Origin: an uncultured Syntrophobacterales bacterium
GTDB lineage: Bacteria; Desulfobacterota; Syntrophobacteria; BM002
Assembly (NCBI GenBank): GCA_965603145.1
Contig: CBFDBW010000001.1
Location: forward strand, 1-32,480
DNA length: 32,480 nucleotides
Reading direction: 5' to 3'
Part shown: piece by piece, positions 8,340 through 16,129 of the stretch
Layout of the letters: the number at the start of each line of letters is the position of its first letter
Numbering within the stretch: position 1 is the first letter of the stretch
Program-made: the position numbers and the translations under genes
The notes under the pieces: model-generated
What the model was told of the DNA's origin: nothing
The model's database searches: none
The model's input: the letters and a program-made list of their open reading frames with translations, nothing else

Positions 8340-10130
8340 TTATCCTTTTTCTAACCTGACCATTTCCTGGTGATACGCCCGCATCAGCTCTTCGAGGCTC
8401 AGAAGTCCGGTTAAGCGGCCCGGGAGCTCTTCGCTCAGAATGGGTATCCGCCCATAGCCGCTGCGAATAAACTTGATCAACGCCTCATAGAGGGTTTCGT
8501 TGAGACCGATGGCAACAGGCTTTTCTGCCAGATCCCCCACCACTATAAGGTCCGAAAGGGCATCCTCAAAGAGGATGGCACGCAGGTCGGCAAACGACAA
8601 GATACCCACAAGCCGTATTTCTTCATCCACAACCGGGAAAAAGGACTCCCTGGTACGCTTCATGAGGCGTCTCATCTCTCTGAGCCGCATGTCCATGGGC
8701 AGCATGGTTACCGGCTTGTCAGGCTTGTAGACGTCGCGAACCTGCATGGTTTGCAAAACGTTAATTGTTAATTCCGGCAGGTGCGCCGGCGAAGCAAATT
8801 TGTTCTTAACCTGCTTTTCATAAATGCCCCAACGACCGGATAGAAGTACGGGGATTGCAGAGACAAACATAAGTGGAACCACGAGCTCGTAGCCTTGGGT
8901 CATTTCAGAAACCATCAACAGGGCACCGATAGGTGCCTTGGCCACCCCGGCGAAAAATGCGGCCATGCCCACCAGGGCAAAAGCTGCCGGATTGGTAATC
9001 ACTTCTGGAAAATAGGTATGACCCAGTTGACCCACTACGCCTCCCAACATGGCTCCAATAAAAAGCGATGGGCCGAATACGCCCCCACTGCCTCCAGAAC
9101 CTATGGTGCAAGAGGTGGCAAAAATCTTGGTGAAGATCATAATCGCCATCAATCCCACCGACAGCTTTCCCAGCAGCGCGAGCTGAATGGTCCCGTAGCC
9201 GCCGCTCATGACCATTGGAGTCATCAGACCAATGCATCCCACCAGGAGACCGCCTATGGCCGGGACAAAGTGAGGTTTGATGGCTATCTTCCTAAAAACA
9301 TGGTCCCTGAGGCCATAGAGCGATTTCGAGTAAATCCAGCCCACTGGCACGCATACCAGGCCGAGAATCGCATAGATCAATAACTCTCGAGGGTCGGTAA
9401 AGACCAAGGTGGGTGTGGCAAAGATGGGCTTATATCCAAAAATCAGGGTAAAGAACGAGTAGGCCACCACTGAACTCATAACACACGGGATGATGGCCTC
9501 TGTTTCGAAGTCCTCGGTATAGAGCACCTCGATGCTGGTGATGGCTCCACCCAGAGGCGCGCGAAAAATGGCACCCAAACCACCTGCACACCCCGCCAGC
9601 ATAAGGATTCGTCTTTCCTTGGTGTCCAAATTGAACACGCGACCCAGCCATGAGCCGAAACCTGCTCCAATCTGGACGATGGGTCCTTCGCGGCCGGCAC
9701 TTCCTCCCGAAGCCAGGGTGATCACCGAAGCTACACTCTTGATATATGGTACCCGGGTGCGAATCTCACCCTGTTTGTTATGGAAGGCGTCTATCATGGC
9801 GTCGGTGCCATGACCTTCTGCTTCAGGCGCCCACGTATATACAACGAGGCCGGAAATCAAACCACCCACTGCAGGGACCAGGAACAAAATCCAGGGCTTC
9901 GCTGTTCCATGAACCACTCCATGCACCAACTGTTCCCCCGCTGGCGCCGGCATGGGGTAGCCCGCCAGATAATCCAAGACAAAATATTTGAGCCATTCCA
10001 GTGTGAAAAAGAAAGCAGCAGCACCCAATCCCGCAACGAGGCCAATGAGCAGGCTGTAGAACATCCAGCGCGAGAAGGAATGCTCTCGCAGATAGTTAAT
10101 GAGAGATACCCAACGTCCCTGCTCTGGCAT
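8340..10130 (-). CDS. ClC-family chloride channel / H+-Cl- antiporter with a C-terminal CBS pair, 596 aa
   Basis: ClC selectivity motifs GSAGREGP and GGVFGPSLFIG. The C-terminal ~140 aa has a tandem CBS-like pattern. SD GAGGA lies 7 nt upstream of the ATG. Confidence 0.9.
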   Translation of the reverse strand: MPEQGRWVSLINYLREHSFSRWMFYSLLIGLVAGLGAAAFFFTLEWLKYFVLDYLAGYPMPAPAGEQLVHGVVHGTAKPWILFLVPAVGGLISGLVVYTWAPEAEGHGTDAMIDAFHNKQGEIRTRVPYIKSVASVITLASGGSAGREGPIVQIGAGFGSWLGRVFNLDTKERRILMLAGCAGGLGAIFRAPLGGAITSIEVLYTEDFETEAIIPCVMSSVVAYSFFTLIFGYKPIFATPTLVFTDPRELLIYAILGLVCVPVGWIYSKSLYGLRDHVFRKIAIKPHFVPAIGGLLVGCIGLMTPMVMSGGYGTIQLALLGKLSVGLMAIMIFTKIFATSCTIGSGGSGGVFGPSLFIGAMLGGVVGQLGHTYFPEVITNPAAFALVGMAAFFAGVAKAPIGALLMVSEMTQGYELVVPLMFVSAIPVLLSGRWGIYEKQVKNKFASPAHLPELTINVLQTMQVRDVYKPDKPVTMLPMDMRLREMRRLMKRTRESFFPVVDEEIRLVGILSFADLRAILFEDALSDLIVVGDLAEKPVAIGLNETLYEALIKFIRSGYGRIPILSEELPGRLTGLLSLEELMRAYHQEMVRLEKG

Positions 10131-10185
10131 GTTATTTCCTCATTAAATTTCACCTTGATGAGGGTATTTTCCCTAGTATTCTCAT

Positions 10186-10214
10186 ATTTTATGGAGTTTT
10201 ATCCGGAAGGGCAA
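10186..10214 (-). promoter_or_regulatory. Candidate sigma70 promoter for the ClC gene
   Basis: The minus strand reads TTGCCC-N17-TAAAAT. The leader that follows can fold as CCTCAT-14 nt-ATGAGG, which includes the SD. Confidence 0.3.
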
Positions 10215-10339
10215 GCGATTTTGACGTCTGGAGTAATGGAGATTGATGATTTCGGATTGATGATCTTAGCTTGCTGATGCCTGGCTAACAGTTGGCAATT
10301 AAGCTCTCGTGGGGGTTGAAGAGCATTGTTACTGAGACC

Positions 10340-10371
10340 AAAAAAAGGCGGCCCTGAGGCCGCCATTTTTT
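10340..10371. terminator. Bidirectional intrinsic terminator
   Basis: AAAAAAA-GGCGGCC-ctga-GGCCGCC-ATTTTTT. On the minus strand the 7-bp GC stem is followed by seven U, 20 nt after the stop of the 42-aa ORF. Confidence 0.85.
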
Positions 10372-10390
10372 CTCGATTGTAAGAGTCTCT

Positions 10391-10519
10391 CTATACCTTG
10401 GCGTAGATCCCCTGTTTGAGGATGAACTCTTGGTACTCTTTGAGCTTATCACAGTTTTGCAAGCACTTGTTCTTATCCTGGCCGACCATCTCACAAGCTA
10501 AGCAAGGGCTTTTCAGCAT
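10391..10519 (-). CDS. Unannotated small Cys-rich protein, 42 aa (MLKSPCLACEMVGQDKNKCLQNCDKLKEYQEFILKQGIYAKV)
   Basis: It is below the ORF-track cutoff. SD-like AGAGGGA lies 7 nt upstream of the ATG at 10519. It has its own TTGACA promoter upstream and the strong terminator downstream. Cys pattern is CxxC-x9-C-x3-C. Confidence 0.6.
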   Translation of the reverse strand: MLKSPCLACEMVGQDKNKCLQNCDKLKEYQEFILKQGIYAKV

Positions 10520-10574
10520 GGGTTTATCCCTCTGTTTATTGATTGAATTATCTCATAGGAATTCTTTAAACCTA

Positions 10575-10605
10575 TTTATAAATCATGTAGTCGTGTTCTT
10601 GTCAA
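10575..10605 (-). promoter_or_regulatory. Near-consensus sigma70 promoter for the 42-aa ORF
   Basis: The minus strand has TTGACA (10605-10600), a 17-19 nt spacer, then TTTATAAA (a TATAAA/TTATAA -10 candidate). Confidence 0.5.
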
Positions 10606-10777
10606 GTAAAATGTTATTTCGTTGACTCTCCCACATCCGATATGACATAGTCACACAGTGGCCAGCTTCTTGCCTCCGGGGGGAGTATTCCTAACGACCG
10701 GCACGATGGCCCACCGATCGTTTGCTGCCACCACCTGAAGCTGGACTTTTCAAAGTCGAATATGGACCCAGCAGAGG

Positions 10778-10881
10778 TTAAGGAATTTAGGGATTCAGGG
10801 ATTTTGGAATTATAGCGCTAAAAGGTTGCTATCTCAAGGTCCTGGTAATTACTCATTCCTCAATTCCCTCGCTCCTTAATG
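10778..10881. repeat. 8-bp-phased quasi-palindromic element
   Basis: The left arm is taaggaat ttagggat tcagggat tttggaat. A ~40-nt spacer follows. The right arm is attcctca attccctc gctcctta, the inverted complement type. Confidence 0.7.
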
Positions 10882-10910
10882 TCTCAACAGATGACACGAT
10901 CTGGAATTGC

Positions 10911-11822
10911 ATGCAGGCCACGCCACATTACCCTGACTTTAAGCGGTTGAGCTTAGAAGACCGGGACCAGATTACTGCTTTTTTTCACCAGAGCCCACCG
11001 CTCACTTCCGAACTAACCTTCACCAATCTTTTCATGTGGCGTTACCATTACAATTTTCAGTGGTGCCTTGCCAATGACGCGCTATTGATCATCGGGCATA
11101 TGGCCGAAGCCCCCCCTTTCGGTTTGCCACCAGTTGGACCGCATGACCTATCCTCGGCTTTTGGGCATTTATTGAGTTTTCTGGAAAACCATACGGATAC
11201 GCCAGAAATCCACCGGGTGCCTGAGGTTCTGGCCCAGCGCTACGCTAGCGCGCTCTCCCTTGAAGTTTTGGAGGATCGAGCCAATAGCGATTATGTTTAC
11301 CGTACCGAATCCCTTATCAATCTGAGCGGCCGGAAGTACCACCGCAAACGCAATCACCTCAAGCAATTTCGTAAGAGATATTCCTACCGCTATCAAACTC
11401 TCAAGGATGACTGGATAGAGGCCTGTCTGGAGTTGGAAGAGCAGTGGTGTAGACTCAAAAGCTGTGTGGAAAATCCGGCACTTCTCAATGAAGAACAGGC
11501 CATCCGCGAAGCCTTACTTCACTACCACCAACTGGATTGCCAGGGAGCTGCTATTGTGGTGGACGAGAAGGTGGTGGCCTTCAGTTTGGGAGAACCTCTT
11601 AACCCTGATACGGCTTTGATTCACCTCGAGAAGGCCGATCCTGAATTCTCCGGTAGCTACGCGGTGATAAATCAGGAATTCTGCCAAAACGCCTGGAGCG
11701 ACTTCACCTACACAAATCGCGAACAGGATCTGGGTGAATCCGGACTGCGCCAATCCAAGCTGTCCTATTACCCGGATCATTTGTCTAATAAGGTCATTCT
11801 CAGAGCAACGGATCGCGGCTAA
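10911..11822 (+). CDS. DUF2156 protein (stand-alone MprF C-terminal / FemX-like double-GNAT fold; COG4866), 303 aa
   Basis: Family-typical blocks: TFTNLFMWRYHY, GRKYHRKRNHLKQF, IHLEKAD, YTNREQDLGESGLRQSKLSYYP. Confidence 0.75.
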   Translation: MQATPHYPDFKRLSLEDRDQITAFFHQSPPLTSELTFTNLFMWRYHYNFQWCLANDALLIIGHMAEAPPFGLPPVGPHDLSSAFGHLLSFLENHTDTPEIHRVPEVLAQRYASALSLEVLEDRANSDYVYRTESLINLSGRKYHRKRNHLKQFRKRYSYRYQTLKDDWIEACLELEEQWCRLKSCVENPALLNEEQAIREALLHYHQLDCQGAAIVVDEKVVAFSLGEPLNPDTALIHLEKADPEFSGSYAVINQEFCQNAWSDFTYTNREQDLGESGLRQSKLSYYPDHLSNKVILRATDRG

Positions 11823-11945
11823 CCTTCGACCCCTTCGATAAACTCAGGGCAAGCAGGCTCCCGGGGACTACGCCCGGGACAGGCACGTCGTGGAAAGCCG
11901 CTCCCACAAATAACCAAGGATTAACCCACTCTGTGGAGGCAACCA

Positions 11946-13064
11946 ATGATCATCGGAGTTCCTAAGGAGATAAAGACCGAGGAATACCGTGTGGGAATCG
12001 TTCCGGCTGGCGTGCGGCTCTCAGCAGCCTCGGGCCACCGGGTGCTGATTGAAAAAGGCGCAGGTGAAGGCGCGGGTATCAGTGATCGGGAGTTTAAGGC
12101 TGCCGGTGCCCACCTGGTATCCTCAGCTGCTGAGGTCTATGGAGAGGCAGAGTTGGTGATGAAAGTAAAGGAGCCTTTGCCTCCGGAGTATGACCTCCTG
12201 AGACCAGGCCTGATAATCTATACCTATTTACATCTGGCTCCTGCGCCTGAACTGGCAGCCGTCCTCCTGGAAAAGGAAATCATTGGCATTGCCTATGAGA
12301 CCATACAGTTGCCTGACGGTTCCTTGCCGCTGCTCACACCAATGAGCGAGATCGCCGGCAGGATGGCGGTCCAAGTTGGTGCCCATTATCTGGAAAAAAC
12401 TCAGGGTGGCCGCGGCGTGCTCCTGGGAGGCGTCCCCGGTGTCTACCGAGGCCAGGTGACTATTCTGGGAGGTGGTGTGGTCGGGAGCAATGCAGCCAAA
12501 ATCGCAGTGGGAATGGGGGCCATGGTCAGCATTATCGATATCGACCAGGCTCGTCTCATGGCCCTTGATGACATATTCGGCTCGGTTATCACCACACTCA
12601 TCTCCAACCCCGATACCATCGAGCGTTCTGTGCGTGAATCTCACCTGGTTATCGGCGCAGTTCTGGTCCCGGGCGGACGAGCCCCAAGCCTTGTCAGCGG
12701 TGAAATGATTGCCCAAATGAAGCCTGGCACAGTGATTGTGGACGTTGCTGTGGACCAGGGAGGGTGCTGCGAAACGTGCCGGCCAACCACCCATGATCAG
12801 CCCGTGTTCACAGTTGATAACGTCATTCACTACTGTGTGGCCAATATGCCCGGGGCTGTGCCAAGAACCGCCACCTTTGCCCTGACCAACGTTACCACCA
12901 GCTATGCTCTCAAGATAGCCAACCAGGGCTTTGAGACAGCTGTTGCATCTGACCCTGCCCTTGCAAAAGGGATTAACATTTATCGCAGCCATGTTACCCA
13001 TGAGACTGTTGCACGAGACCTCAATTATCCTTACCAGCCCTTGGAGCAAATAATCAAGGACTGA
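11946..13064 (+). CDS. ald: Alanine dehydrogenase, 372 aa
   Basis: MIIGVPKEIKTEEYRVGIVPAGV N-terminus, NAD-binding GGGVVGSNAA, and HYCVANMPGAVPRT block. SD GGAGG lies 7 nt upstream. Confidence 0.93.
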   Translation: MIIGVPKEIKTEEYRVGIVPAGVRLSAASGHRVLIEKGAGEGAGISDREFKAAGAHLVSSAAEVYGEAELVMKVKEPLPPEYDLLRPGLIIYTYLHLAPAPELAAVLLEKEIIGIAYETIQLPDGSLPLLTPMSEIAGRMAVQVGAHYLEKTQGGRGVLLGGVPGVYRGQVTILGGGVVGSNAAKIAVGMGAMVSIIDIDQARLMALDDIFGSVITTLISNPDTIERSVRESHLVIGAVLVPGGRAPSLVSGEMIAQMKPGTVIVDVAVDQGGCCETCRPTTHDQPVFTVDNVIHYCVANMPGAVPRTATFALTNVTTSYALKIANQGFETAVASDPALAKGINIYRSHVTHETVARDLNYPYQPLEQIIKD

Positions 13065-13201
13065 AGAAGTACGTGTAGTTCACAGAGTTACTGACGTTGG
13101 CATAGGGCAAATGAACTTGCTTTTAGTGAATACCTTACACTCTCACCGGACAGTTCGCTAAAAATAAGAGCGGCCATATGGCTACAAATAACTAGGCAAC
13201 G

Positions 13202-13978
13202 ATGCATAAACGAAAAATCGCCTTGGGAAAAAGACTGCGACACAGTCCTCTCGTACAGACCCTGGGGTTGCGTCCCAACTTCGAGGACTACAGCGAGATC
13301 GAACTCGACCTACTGCGAAACGCCGACACCATTTATTACCCAAGTACCCTCTATGAAGACATTTTTCTCGCGCTGGGCAAGAGGGTTTTCCCAGCGAATT
13401 ACTACCGTTACATGGGAGACAAGATCAAACAAACCGAGCTCTTCAATCTGCTTAGTATCCCTCACCCTCGCACCCGGATCTACAGGGACAACCCCCGTGC
13501 GCCACAGATCCTTGCGGATTTCTCCTTTCCTTTTATCGCCAAGATCCCCCGGGGTTCCTCAAAGGGCAGAGGAGTTTTCCTCATTCGCAGCCGTGAAGAT
13601 CTGCAGGATTACCTGCAAAAATACGCGCCGGCTTATATTCAGGAATACCTTGCCATTGACCGCGACCTGCGCGTCGTCTTAGTGGGAGCAAAAGTGGTGC
13701 ACGCTTACTGGCGTATTGCCCGGCCTGGGGAATTTCGCAGCAATGTCTCACTCGGGGGGAGGATATCATTGGAGGATGTCCCTGATGATACCCTTCGCTT
13801 TGCTGAACGGGTGGCCCGCCTCTGTAAGTTTGACGAAGTGGGGCTTGATATTTGCATCTGCGAAGACAGATTTCTGGTGATAGAGGCCAATATGGTCTAC
13901 GGTCTCAAGGGCTTTGAAGCGGCAGGTCTAAACATCTACCAACTTATAAGCAAACGCGTAACTGAAGGAGACATTTGA
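13202..13978 (+). CDS. ATP-grasp domain protein (RimK-like ligase), 258 aa
   Basis: ATP-grasp blocks FPFIAKIPRGSSKGRGVF, YIQEYL, DLRVVLVG, NVSLGG, and VIEANMVYG. Confidence 0.75.
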   Translation: MHKRKIALGKRLRHSPLVQTLGLRPNFEDYSEIELDLLRNADTIYYPSTLYEDIFLALGKRVFPANYYRYMGDKIKQTELFNLLSIPHPRTRIYRDNPRAPQILADFSFPFIAKIPRGSSKGRGVFLIRSREDLQDYLQKYAPAYIQEYLAIDRDLRVVLVGAKVVHAYWRIARPGEFRSNVSLGGRISLEDVPDDTLRFAERVARLCKFDEVGLDICICEDRFLVIEANMVYGLKGFEAAGLNIYQLISKRVTEGDI

Positions 13979-14715
13979 TGGCCGCCATTGCAGCAGAACT
14001 TCAACAAGCCGGCCTCTGGCTGGCTGAAAGTAAGCGAGTCGCTGCACTTACTGGTGCCGGCATCTCCGCCGAGAGCGGAGTGCCCACTTTTAGGGGCAAG
14101 GACGGGCTCTGGCAGGGTTTCAGGGCCACCGACCTGGCTACTCCTCAAGCCTTTGCCCGTGACCCGAAGTTGGTGTGGAACTTCTATAATTGGCGCCGGG
14201 AGTTGCTTGCTCCCCTGCAGCCAAACCCTGCTCACAAAGCCCTGATACGTCTGGAGGAGAAGATTCCTCAGTTCTCGCTTATTACCCAAAACATTGATGA
14301 CCTGCACCACCGGGCGGGCAGCAAAAACCTTGTCGAGTTGCATGGCAACATCTGGATGGTTCGTTGCACTCGGTGCCACGTGGTAAGTCGCAATGAGGAA
14401 GTTCCTCTGCCCGAACTCCCGGCGTGCGAAGAGTGCGGAGGGCTTCTGCGTCCCCACGTGGTGTGGTTTGGCGAACAGCTTGACCCAACCATTCTGGATA
14501 AAGCCGTCGCTGCAATTCGCTCCTGTGATACCATGCTGGTGATAGGCACTTCAGCTCTGGTGCAACCGGCTGCCTCTCTGGCCATTGTTGCTAAGGAACA
14601 GGGTGCGCGGGTGGTGGAGATCAATCTAGAACCCACACCCTACTCCCATAAACTGGACCTTTCACTTCAGGGGAAAGCGGGTGAGATCCTGCCGCAGTTG
14701 GTTGAAGGGCTTTAA
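13978..14715 (+). CDS. cobB: NAD-dependent protein deacylase (Sir2/CobB, class III-like), ~245 aa
   Basis: TGAGISAESGVPTFRG, QNIDDLH, zinc ribbon CTRC...CEEC, and the FYxxRR element (NFYNWRR). ATG 13978 overlaps the upstream TGA (TGATG), with SD GAAGGAG 7 nt upstream. The ORF-track TTG at 13975 is less likely. Confidence 0.9.
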   Translation: MAAIAAELQQAGLWLAESKRVAALTGAGISAESGVPTFRGKDGLWQGFRATDLATPQAFARDPKLVWNFYNWRRELLAPLQPNPAHKALIRLEEKIPQFSLITQNIDDLHHRAGSKNLVELHGNIWMVRCTRCHVVSRNEEVPLPELPACEECGGLLRPHVVWFGEQLDPTILDKAVAAIRSCDTMLVIGTSALVQPAASLAIVAKEQGARVVEINLEPTPYSHKLDLSLQGKAGEILPQLVEGL

Positions 14716-14750
14716 TGAGGTGGTGGCCTATGATTACCACACAACTGGAA

Positions 14751-14836
14751 CACGAAGCAAATCCGAATGATCAAAATGGGTCCTACGGACTCCCCACCCT
14801 GTGGTCGGGTCCCCGGTTTCGATATTCGGAATTTGG
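14751..14836. repeat. Family-2 intergenic repeat, copy 1 (inverted relative to copy 2)
   Basis: It shares the blocks ATCCGAATG(A/T)TCAAAAT, TCCCCACCCT and the 16-mer GGTTTCGATATTCGGA with the reverse complement of 30949-31037. Confidence 0.85.
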
Positions 14837-14870
14837 CTTTGCCTAACGGTTGTGACCCAGTAAGAGGCAA

Positions 14871-15902
14871 ATGATAGAAGAATCTTCGACCAAACCCAAA
14901 AAGAGACGGTTGAGCCCCTTGTGGTCTCTGCTCCTGGTTCTCGTCCTCGCTTCGGCGTGGCTGGTTGGGGATATGCTCCATTTTATCAGAACTCCGGCCA
15001 GCTCGGAGCCGGCGGAGGTGGTGATGGAGGTCCCGGTGGGAATGTCGGTCCCAGTTTTGAGTGAGTTGCTGCACGAGCAGGGTCTGGTGCGCAGCGCCGG
15101 AAAATTTCGCTGGCTGGTTAGGTTCAAGGGGGCAGCCCGTCAGATCAAGGCTGGCGAGTATCAACTCTCAACCGGCCTTCGCCCGGGAGAGCTTCTCAAC
15201 AAGATTATTCGCGGTGAGGTTCGACTTCACCAGATCACCTTTCCAGAAGGTTACACCCTTAAACAGATGGCAGCGCTGCTCGAGGCCAGCAAGTTGGTCA
15301 ATGCTGAGCGCTTCATCGCCGCCGCAACCGACCCCCCTTTCGTCCGTAGCCTGGGTATACCGGCCGCAAGTCTGGAAGGCTACCTTTTCCCTGATACCTA
15401 CCGGTTTGCAAGGGGACTACCGGTAGAGACCGTGTTGCGCTCCTTCGTCACCCTGTTCAACCAGCACTTTGGCCCAGTCCAGGAGGAGAAAGCTCGCAAA
15501 CTTGGTTTTACTCGCCACCAAGTGGTCATCCTTGCTTCGGTGGTGGAAAAGGAAACCGCGGCAGCCGAGGAACGTCCACTGATTGCCGGTGTGTTCTTAA
15601 ATCGCCTCAGAAGACGGATCCGGCTTCAGAGTGACCCAACTGTAATTTACGGACTAAGAAACTTCGATGGCAACCTCACCAGAGCCCACCTTCAGAAAGA
15701 CACTCCCTACAACACCTACACCCGGCGAGGCTTGCCCATCGGCCCCATCTGCAATCCTGGAGCGGCATCTATCCAAGCAGTGCTCAACCCAACCTCCACA
15801 CCCTATCTGTACTTTGTGGCCAAAAAAGACGGGACCCATCATTTCTCAACCAATTTGGTGGAACACAACGCAGCGGTTTTGCGCCACCAAAAAAGGCGTT
15901 AA
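14871..15902 (+). CDS. mltG: Endolytic murein transglycosylase MltG (YceG-like), 343 aa
   Basis: N-terminal TM, then IKAGEYQL, FPEGY, LEGYLFPDTY, VEKET, NTY..GLPPGPI-like (YNTYTRRGLPIGPICNPG), and YLYFVAK. Confidence 0.9.
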   Translation: MIEESSTKPKKRRLSPLWSLLLVLVLASAWLVGDMLHFIRTPASSEPAEVVMEVPVGMSVPVLSELLHEQGLVRSAGKFRWLVRFKGAARQIKAGEYQLSTGLRPGELLNKIIRGEVRLHQITFPEGYTLKQMAALLEASKLVNAERFIAAATDPPFVRSLGIPAASLEGYLFPDTYRFARGLPVETVLRSFVTLFNQHFGPVQEEKARKLGFTRHQVVILASVVEKETAAAEERPLIAGVFLNRLRRRIRLQSDPTVIYGLRNFDGNLTRAHLQKDTPYNTYTRRGLPIGPICNPGAASIQAVLNPTSTPYLYFVAKKDGTHHFSTNLVEHNAAVLRHQKRR

Positions 15903-16038
15903 GAAATTATCATTGCACGATTCTCTTCGGGACACATAATGCAGTTGTCTAATAGCTAATTATTCTATATATTGATATCTATTTGACCCAGGACTTAGAT
16001 CTGGGAGTCGGTAGAATCCTCTGATTTTGTTTTTTAAG

Positions 16039-16067
16039 TTGACAGTTTGTGGGGCCAACTGTATAAA
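16039..16067 (+). promoter_or_regulatory. dcw cluster promoter (sigma70 type)
   Basis: TTGACA (16039-16044), a spacer of exactly 17 nt, then TATAAA (16062-16067), ~65 nt upstream of the mraZ ATG. Confidence 0.7.
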
Positions 16068-16069
16068 AG

Positions 16070-16104
16070 GTGTCAATAAGTGGGAAAAAGTGGTCATAAG
16101 TGTC
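16070..16104 (+). promoter_or_regulatory. Putative MraZ operator: four GTG(G/T)N boxes at exact 10-bp phasing
   Basis: GTGTC(16070) GTGGG(16080) GTGGT(16090) GTGTC(16100), plus GTGGGG inside the promoter spacer (16049). This matches the described direct-repeat MraZ sites located just downstream of the mraZ promoter. Confidence 0.65.
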
Positions 16105-16129
16105 AATTCTGTTCTCCTATGGAGTCTAC

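Noticed and set aside
10131-10340. Fluoride (crcB-motif) riboswitch in front of the ClC gene, prompted by the GATGAT and CTGATGCC strings
   Set aside because: The similar strings are on the strand opposite to the ClC gene. The minus-strand leader downstream of the candidate promoter is only ~50 nt and lacks the conserved crcB motif helices. The channel also has the canonical GREGP chloride-type motif.
12228-13049. 273-aa minus-strand ORF
   Set aside because: It is antisense to alanine dehydrogenase, whose family motifs are unambiguous on the plus strand.
13936-14457. 173-aa minus-strand ORF
   Set aside because: It is antisense to cobB, which has Sir2 motifs on the plus strand.
16100-16129. 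ORF-track GTG start for mraZ (extra MSILFSYGVY)
   Set aside because: The extension overlaps the MraZ operator boxes and has no SD. The family N-terminus MFRG... starts at ATG 16130, which is preceded by GGAG.
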